This document shows, one piece after another, positions 58,540 through 64,000 of a stretch of 64,000 nucleotides of DNA. Source of the stretch: an uncultured Acidobacteriaceae bacterium (lineage in GTDB: Bacteria; Acidobacteriota; Terriglobia; Terriglobales; Acidobacteriaceae); assembly GCA_963767605.1 (NCBI GenBank), contig CAVYEP010000014.1:106696-170695 (forward strand), read 5' to 3'. Position 1 is the first letter of the stretch, and each line of letters opens with the position of its first letter. Made by a program: the position numbers and the translations under genes. Under the pieces are notes generated by a model. The model was not told the origin of the DNA. It made no database searches and saw only the letters and a program-made list of their open reading frames with translations.

Positions 58540-60033
58540 ATGAGTGTTGCCCGGACTCTGGGCGAATTACGCCGAAGTCCTTTCACTGCCGAGCGTCTGG
58601 CTTCGCGGCGGGTAAAAGATGAGTTGCGCGAGAACTTGATGTCGCGGCTCGGCGGGGGCAGCCCGATATTTCCGGGCATCGTTGGATACGACGACACGGT
58701 GGTGCCGCAGATCGTGAATGCGATCCTCTCGCGCCACAATTTTATTCTTCTAGGACTACGCGGACAGGCGAAGAGCCGCATTCTACGCGCCCTGACCACG
58801 CTGCTTGATCCCGAGATGCCTTACGTCGCGGGCTGCGAAATCCACGATAATCCTTACACCCCGATCTGCCGGCGGTGCCGCGAACTGGTGGCGAAAGAAG
58901 CGGACGCGACGCCGATTGCCTGGCTGACGCCCGAGCATCGCTACGTCGAAAAACTGGCCACGCCCGATGTCACGATTGCCGACCTGATCGGCGATATCGA
59001 TCCCATCAAGGCGGCGCGTGGCGGGCACGAACTGTCGAGCGAGTTCACGGTGCATTACGGGTTGCTGCCGCGCGCGAATCGCGGAATTTTTGCCATGAAC
59101 GAGTTGCCCGACCTCGCGGGCAAGATTCAGGTCGGCCTCTTCAACATCATGCAGGAAGGCGACGTGCAGATTAAGGGATACCCGATCCGGCTGCCACTCG
59201 ATGTGGCGATTGTGTTCAGTGCGAATCCGGAGGATTACACCGCGCGCGGGAAGATTATCACTCCGCTGAAGGATCGTATCGGGTCGGAGATTCGCACCCA
59301 CTATCCGGCAACGGTGGAGGAAGGCATCGCGATTACCGCGCAGGAGGCCTGGATTGCGCGAGACGGATCAAGGCTGCATATCCCGAAGTATGTGCAGGAG
59401 GTGATCGAGCGCATCGCCTTCGCGGCGCGCGACGACAAGAAGATCGACAAGCGGTCGGGCGTGAGCCAGCGGCTACCAATTTCGGCGATCGAGAACGTGA
59501 TTTCGAATGCCGAGCGGCGCGCGCTGACGCATCGGGAAAAATTGATCGTGCCGCGGATCAGCGACATCTACGCCGCGCTGCCGGCAATTACGGGCAAGCT
59601 GGAACTGGAGTATGAAGGCGAAATGAAGGGCGCGGACTACGTGAGCCGCGAGTTGATCCGCACCGCGATCGCAAAGACCTTCGATACTCATCTTCACGGC
59701 GTCAACCTGAGCCAGGTGGTGCAGTGGTTCGATCTGGGCGGAGAGATTCAACTCAGCGACAATACTGGGGCCGAGGAAGTGCTCGAAGGCCTGAGCCAGA
59801 TTCAGGGTTTGATGGAAAAACTCGGCAAGCTGAACGTGAACGCGAAAGACAGCGCCGAGATGCAGGTATCGGCGGCGGAGTTCGTCCTGGAAGGCCTGCA
59901 CGCCCACAAAAAAATCGGACGCAACGAAGAGCGTGTGTTCACGGCGGGAGAAAAGCCAATCAAGGTCGCCGAGAAGCCGCCAACGTTTGAGCGGGACGAG
60001 CCGGGATTTGGACGGAAGAGAGGATTTAACTAG
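58540..60033 (+). CDS. AAA+ ATPase of the Mg-chelatase ChlI-like / MoxR-like type
   Basis: From ATG 58540 (MSVARTLGELRR...). ...IVGYDDTVVPQIVNAILSRHNFILLGLRGQAKSRI..., GIFAMNELPDL..., ...SANPEDYT.RGKIITPLKDRIG. Upstream codons of the listed ORF translate a REP element. Confidence 0.8.
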   Translation: MSVARTLGELRRSPFTAERLASRRVKDELRENLMSRLGGGSPIFPGIVGYDDTVVPQIVNAILSRHNFILLGLRGQAKSRILRALTTLLDPEMPYVAGCEIHDNPYTPICRRCRELVAKEADATPIAWLTPEHRYVEKLATPDVTIADLIGDIDPIKAARGGHELSSEFTVHYGLLPRANRGIFAMNELPDLAGKIQVGLFNIMQEGDVQIKGYPIRLPLDVAIVFSANPEDYTARGKIITPLKDRIGSEIRTHYPATVEEGIAITAQEAWIARDGSRLHIPKYVQEVIERIAFAARDDKKIDKRSGVSQRLPISAIENVISNAERRALTHREKLIVPRISDIYAALPAITGKLELEYEGEMKGADYVSRELIRTAIAKTFDTHLHGVNLSQVVQWFDLGGEIQLSDNTGAEEVLEGLSQIQGLMEKLGKLNVNAKDSAEMQVSAAEFVLEGLHAHKKIGRNEERVFTAGEKPIKVAEKPPTFERDEPGFGRKRGFN

Positions 60034-60034
60034 C

Positions 60035-60162
60035 GCTCAGCCGTCAGCTTTCAGCTATTAGTCAGAACGTCCCCCAAGGCTGACTCGGGGCCGTAAGCGA
60101 TAACCAGTGGGTGGATTTCGACAGGTTTAACTGAAAGCTGACAACTGATAGCTGATAGCTGC
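60035..60162. repeat. word-periodic hairpin (AGCT[AT]TC heptads) with a 64-nt interior
   Basis: Left arm gctcagccgtcagctttcagctattagtcaga. Right arm ctgaaagctgacaactgatagctgatagctgc. Several pairing registers are possible. Confidence 0.8.
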
Positions 60163-60166
60163 TTTT

Positions 60167-61417
60167 ATGAAACGCATCCGCTACACCAAGTACGTCCCCG
60201 ACCCCGCCAGCGAAATGAGCATGGAGGACCTGCTCGACGCGCTCTCGGACTATTTCCTGCAGAGCGGATTCAATGACAATTTCTGGTACGAACTGCCCGA
60301 TGGCGAAAAGTCGCTCGACGAGTTGCGGCGCGCGCTGGAACAGGCCCTCCTCAACGGCGAGATGTTTGACGAAGAAATGCGCGACCGGCTGCAGCAGATG
60401 CAGATGGAAGGCCAACTTGAAGAGCTGATCGAGAAGTTGATCGAGCGCATGCAGCAGGAAGACTATATATCGATCGATCGTCCATTCGAAGCCCAGCCTC
60501 ACGATCCTTCCAAGCAATCGAGCGTCGGTGGACAAGTCGGTGACGCGCAATCAGCGAAGTTCGAGATCACCGACAAAAGCCTCGATTTCCTGGGATTCAA
60601 GGCGCTGCGCGATCTGCTGGGGTCACTCGGCAAGTCGAGTTTTGGACGCCATGACACGCGCGACATGGCCACGGGCGTCGAAGCCAGCGGCGCTTCGAAG
60701 CCGTATGAGTTTGGCGACACCTTGAACCTCGACATCACGGCGACGCTTTCTTCGGCCATCCAGCGCGAAGGGCTCGGGCTTCCTCTGAATCTCGAATACC
60801 GCGATTTGCAGGTGCATCAGTGCGAGTACCAATCGTCGTGCGCGACGGTGCTGATGCTCGACTGTTCGCATTCGATGATCCTGTATGGGGAGGACCGCTT
60901 CACCCCGGCGAAGAAGGTTGCGATGGCGTTGTCGCATTTGATCCGGACGCAGTATCCGGGAGACTCGCTGTCGCTGGTGCTGTTTCACGATTCCGCGGAA
61001 GAAGTTCCGCTCTCGCAACTGGCGCGAGTGAAAGTGGGTCCCTACTACACGAACACGCGCGAGGGATTGCGCATGGCGCAACGCATCCTGCAGCGCCAGC
61101 GCAAAGACATGAAGCAGATCGTCATGATCACAGATGGCAAGCCCTCAGCACTTACGCTGGAAGACGGGCGCATTTACAAGAATGCGTTTGGCCTCGATCC
61201 GCTCGTGGTCAGCCAGACGCTGGAAGAAGTTTCGAAGTGCAAACGGGCCGGCGTATTGATCAATACCTTCATGCTGGCGTCGGACTATGGGCTGGTGCAA
61301 TTTGTCCAGAAGGTGACCGAAATGTGCCGGGGCAAGGCCTACTTTACGACGCCGTACACGCTCGGGCAATATCTGTTGATGGATTACATGTCGCGGAAGA
61401 CCAAGACGATTCACTAG
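60167..61417 (+). CDS. von Willebrand factor A (vWA) domain protein, partner of the upstream ATPase
   Basis: 416 aa. MIDAS-like ...[10 protein letters not shown]... and ...[10 protein letters not shown]... Confidence 0.8.
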   Translation: MKRIRYTKYVPDPASEMSMEDLLDALSDYFLQSGFNDNFWYELPDGEKSLDELRRALEQALLNGEMFDEEMRDRLQQMQMEGQLEELIEKLIERMQQEDYISIDRPFEAQPHDPSKQSSVGGQVGDAQSAKFEITDKSLDFLGFKALRDLLGSLGKSSFGRHDTRDMATGVEASGASKPYEFGDTLNLDITATLSSAIQREGLGLPLNLEYRDLQVHQCEYQSSCATVLMLDCSHSMILYGEDRFTPAKKVAMALSHLIRTQYPGDSLSLVLFHDSAEEVPLSQLARVKVGPYYTNTREGLRMAQRILQRQRKDMKQIVMITDGKPSALTLEDGRIYKNAFGLDPLVVSQTLEEVSKCKRAGVLINTFMLASDYGLVQFVQKVTEMCRGKAYFTTPYTLGQYLLMDYMSRKTKTIH

Positions 61418-61430
61418 CCAATATCATTCC

Positions 61431-61490
61431 GGTAGAGACGCGGCTTGCCGCGTCTCCCGCCGCGTTCAAGGAAGATGGCCGAGTGTGCCC
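61431..61490. repeat. REP-like palindrome plus degenerate second copy, same composite as 58424..58490
   Basis: ggtagagacgcggcttgccgcgtctcccgccgc (core 61435..61456), then gttcaaggaagatggccgagtgtgccccgctc. Confidence 0.85.
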
Positions 61491-61640
61491 CGCTCATTCA
61501 CGTTTTTTGCGAATGAGGGTGAGCGAATGAGTGGGAGCTTCCTAGCCGGAGAGGTCGAATTACAGAAGTAACCTCCTAGTGTGCGAACCGGGGTATGACT
61601 CGGTGTAAGATCGCTGCAGGATCTTCCCTTCGGAGACGTT

Positions 61641-61874
61641 ATGAAACGACTTGCCGCCTTGTTTCTGCTGGCCGCTTTGAGTGTTGCGTGCTCGATGCCG
61701 GTGCAAGCTAAGAACACCACTACCGACGAAAACATGCACCGGGCCAAGCAGGCGGCCAAGCAGCATAGAAAAGCGTTGAAGAAGTTGTCCAAGAATCAGC
61801 GGAAAGCGATGAAGAAGTCCGGCATGGCGCAACGGAAGGCGACCAAGAAGTCGAAACGTCACGCTCAATATTAG
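61641..61874 (+). CDS. small secreted lysine-rich protein
   Basis: GGAGA 4 nt upstream of ATG 61641. Signal MKRLAALFLLAALSVACSMPVQA, then a K/R-rich 50-aa tail. Confidence 0.55.
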   Translation: MKRLAALFLLAALSVACSMPVQAKNTTTDENMHRAKQAAKQHRKALKKLSKNQRKAMKKSGMAQRKATKKSKRHAQY

Positions 61875-61906
61875 TATCAGTAGCTGTTAGCGTTTCGCGG
61901 GTGTCT

Positions 61907-62302
61907 TCAGCGGTTCGCCAAAACCGGCACCTGCCGGGCCTTGAGCAGGATCTCATCCGCTGTTACCAGGGTCAGATCGAACACCCGCGCGGTGGCCACC
62001 AGAAAACGGTCGGCGGGGTCGCGATGGGGGAGTTGCACGCGGGCGGTTTCCTGCGCGACCTGATAGGTGATCTGAGCTTCCCGCATGGGCACTGCATCCA
62101 GCGCATTGGCGATCCACGTTTGGGGATTGGGATGCAGAGTGAGACGCTGCTTCTGGCAAAGAGTCAGCACCTCCCACAACGAGATAGGGGAGAGCCACAG
62201 TTCGTTGCCGGGATTCTCCAGTGCGGCAGTCAAGCGCGCGGAAAGGCGCGCTCGATCAAGCGCGCTCCATACCCAAATGTGAGTATCGAGCAGCAGTTTC
62301 AT
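61907..62302 (-). CDS. vapC: PIN-domain toxin VapC
   Basis: From ATG 62302 (MKLLLDTHIWVW...). ...SPISLWE..., ...HRDPADRFLVATA... Its start overlaps the antitoxin stop (ATGA at 62299..62302). Confidence 0.85.
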   Translation of the reverse strand: MKLLLDTHIWVWSALDRARLSARLTAALENPGNELWLSPISLWEVLTLCQKQRLTLHPNPQTWIANALDAVPMREAQITYQVAQETARVQLPHRDPADRFLVATARVFDLTLVTADEILLKARQVPVLANR

Positions 62303-62541
62303 CGGCGCAGGGCTTCCCAATCGTCTTCCTCGCTGGCGGGGGAAACGATGTCGCCGATAATTTGACCGGTTCCCGCAAGAGAACCCACCCAGCGCTTCGG
62401 CCTCCGGGAGGCTTGCGGCGGGACAACCTCGGCCACCGGCTCTCCGAAACGCGTCACTAAAACTGTCTTCCCCGTTTTACGGACATTCTCAAGCACCGAC
62501 AGGCAGGTGGCTTTGAATTTGGAGATGGCAATTTCTTCCAT
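62299..62541 (-). CDS. vapB: Phd/YefM-type antitoxin
   Basis: 80 aa from ATG 62541: MEEIAISKFKATCLSVLENVRKTGKTVLVTRFGEPVAEVVP... The rest of the listed ORF 62299..62889 is upstream non-coding. Confidence 0.8.
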   Translation of the reverse strand: MEEIAISKFKATCLSVLENVRKTGKTVLVTRFGEPVAEVVPPQASRRPKRWVGSLAGTGQIIGDIVSPASEEDDWEALRR

Positions 62542-62563
62542 GTCGGCTCGCCTTCTTTTGCTT

Positions 62564-62592
62564 ATAGTACTATGGTCAAAGACCATGGTCAA
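62564..62592 (-). promoter_or_regulatory. vapBC promoter with repeated TTGACCAT operator-like motif
   Basis: On the minus strand: TTGACC (62592..62587), a 17-nt spacer, then TACTAT (62569..62564). Direct repeats ttgaccatggtc / ttgaccatagtac and the palindrome atggtc-aaa-gaccat overlap the promoter. Confidence 0.5.
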
Positions 62593-62751
62593 TAGACAAA
62601 ATCCGTCTTTTCCCAAGGGCGGCTGCACGATCCCATGATTCATCACAAAACCAGAGTGACCGCCCGCACATCGGTTTGATCGGCAGCGCGCTACTCTGAT
62701 TCCACTCCCAGGACCTCTCCCGGTCCGGTTCCCTCCAGAAAGAGACTGGCT

Positions 62752-63348
62752 ATGCGTACGCCTGGACGCGAGTTGATGGTCGCCCTGGTTTGTCTGTCGC
62801 ACGTCTGTTTGTCGATCTTCTGCTTGTCGATCCTTGCCCTCGCGCAGCCATCGGATCAAGTCATCGCTGAGCGTGTTCTCGGTCCGCAATGGAAACAGCT
62901 TTCACACCGGGCCGGGATGATCTTCGCCGGCACGGTGCTCAATTCCACACTGCCGACTGCGACCATCGGTCGGGCGGCTCCGGTGGTCCGGTTGACTTTT
63001 CGCGTCGACCGGGCGATCGCCGGGGTCGAGCGCGGGCAAGTCCTCACCATTCACGAGTGGACGGGGGCGTGGTCGATGCATCGTCCGATGCGCAAGGGCC
63101 AGCACATCTTGATCTTTCTATATCCACCCAGCCGCGTGGGCTTGACCAGCCCCGTGGGTGGATTACTGGGGCAGGTTGCTCTCGATACGAGAGGGAAGAA
63201 CGTGCCTAAGGCCGAGCCGAGGCCTGTCGCAGCGGTTGGCCTGCGGCATGAATCGTCTCCACAGCCTACCGGGCCGACCGATACTGGGACCGTCAGCGTC
63301 GTTCAACTGGAGCGCGCCATCCGCAGCGCCCGAAGTGAGCAGGAGTGA
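62752..63348 (+). CDS. hypothetical secreted protein
   Basis: 198 aa. Signal/TM-like ...LMVALVCLSHVCLSIFCLSILALAQP. No recognisable domain. Confidence 0.55.
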   Translation: MRTPGRELMVALVCLSHVCLSIFCLSILALAQPSDQVIAERVLGPQWKQLSHRAGMIFAGTVLNSTLPTATIGRAAPVVRLTFRVDRAIAGVERGQVLTIHEWTGAWSMHRPMRKGQHILIFLYPPSRVGLTSPVGGLLGQVALDTRGKNVPKAEPRPVAAVGLRHESSPQPTGPTDTGTVSVVQLERAIRSARSEQE

Positions 63349-63350
63349 AC

Positions 63351-64000
63351 ATGCGCTGGCGAATTCTGGCGGGTACGGTTTTCCTGATTTGCAGCGCGGT
63401 TGCCAGCCGCGCCGGAGGGCCGGCCTTTGTAGCGGGCTCCGGCTACAACCCCGGGGTCGAAGGCCAGCCCATAATCTGGGCGAGTGGCGCGGTACAGTAC
63501 TTCACCGACCAGGGGGACTTGAGTCCGATCCTCACGAACGCGCAGGCCGACACCTTGGTTGCCGGCGCTTTCAGCGCCTGGACCAGTATTTCCGGCGTTG
63601 CCCTCACCGCTTCGCAAGGCGGCCATCTCGCCGAGGACGTGAACGGAACCAACATTACCGCCGACGCCACGGGAACCATCACCGCACCGGCGGATATTAC
63701 ACCATCATCCACGGGCACGCCCGTCGGAATTGTTTACGACTTCGACGGAACCGTCACCAACGCGCTGCTGGGCCAGGGCGCTGGAGACCTGGCCGATTGC
63801 TTCACCAACGCCGTCTATGGCGGACCCGATAACTTCTCAGCGGGCGGGAACATCGCGCACGCGTTGGTGGTGATCAACGGAGTCTGCGCCGCTACCAGCG
63901 CGCAACTGCCCGACGTTCAATACCGGTTGGTGCGCGTTCTGGGGCGCATCTTGGGCTTGGGATGGTCGCAGGCCAACCTGAACGTGTTGACGCACCACCC
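63351..64000 (+). CDS. hypothetical secreted protein (3' end outside window; absent from the ORF track because no stop is reached)
   Basis: AGGAG at 63341..63345, ATG 63351: MRWRILAGTVFLICSAVASRAGG... Frame 3 stays open to nt 64000. The listed ORF 63158..63832 is an overlapping shadow frame. Confidence 0.65.
   Translation, partial: MRWRILAGTVFLICSAVASRAGGPAFVAGSGYNPGVEGQPIIWASGAVQYFTDQGDLSPILTNAQADTLVAGAFSAWTSISGVALTASQGGHLAEDVNGTNITADATGTITAPADITPSSTGTPVGIVYDFDGTVTNALLGQGAGDLADCFTNAVYGGPDNFSAGGNIAHALVVINGVCAATSAQLPDVQYRLVRVLGRILGLGWSQANLNVLTHH

Noticed and set aside
12238-60162. Possibility that the tandem short-word arrays are CRISPR arrays.
   Set aside because: Units are 7-15 nt with no unique spacers. 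The arrays are paired as inverted complements, and no cas genes are present.
62542-62889. Upstream 116 codons of ORF 62299..62889.
   Set aside because: Only the last 80 residues (from ATG 62541) look like a Phd/YefM antitoxin. The upstream part contains the promoter/operator repeats and a low-complexity translation.
1-64000. Search by eye for rRNA, tRNA, tmRNA, RNase P, SRP RNA, transposases, integrases or prophage genes.
   Set aside because: None recognised. The absence of small RNAs is a weak conclusion without covariance-model searches.

Overview
This is a 64-kb chromosomal segment of about 60% GC. Its gene content (TPR-tailed Ser/Thr kinase, TonB-receptor tail, LptC/A-like gene with lptB-rpoN-hpf, hslVU, OPT/POT transporters, many c-di-GMP proteins) and its dispersed repeat families look acidobacterial; that assignment is inference only. 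I recognise about 57 protein genes. I saw no rRNA, tRNA, CRISPR array, transposase or integrase.

Three things stand out.

(1) A RiPP-like locus at 8.3-14.5 kb. It combines a radical-SAM/SPASM enzyme, a PqqD-like RRE, an HprK-like kinase, an S24/S26 peptidase, an ABC-2 exporter and a divergent PF14907-like nucleotidyltransferase. There is no lasso cyclase and no convincing precursor gene. This is the best candidate for an undescribed system.

(2) An unusually dense set of more than 30 intergenic palindromic elements. Several families have hairpin arms built from tandem 7-8-nt words. There are also GC-rich REP-like palindromes (some embedded in frame inside genes) and MITE-like composites.

(3) About 29 reading-frame disruptions. 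They are concentrated at 2.3-18.2 kb and 34.8-44.1 kb, with one more at 52.1 kb. They hit rpoN, PBP1A, the kinase and most of the RiPP-like locus. The stretches 19.4-34.7 kb and 44.4-64 kb are otherwise clean. Without reads I cannot tell whether these are assembly indels or real gene decay. Frameshift positions are accurate to about +/-15 nt.

All calls rest on motif recognition by eye; no database search was run.
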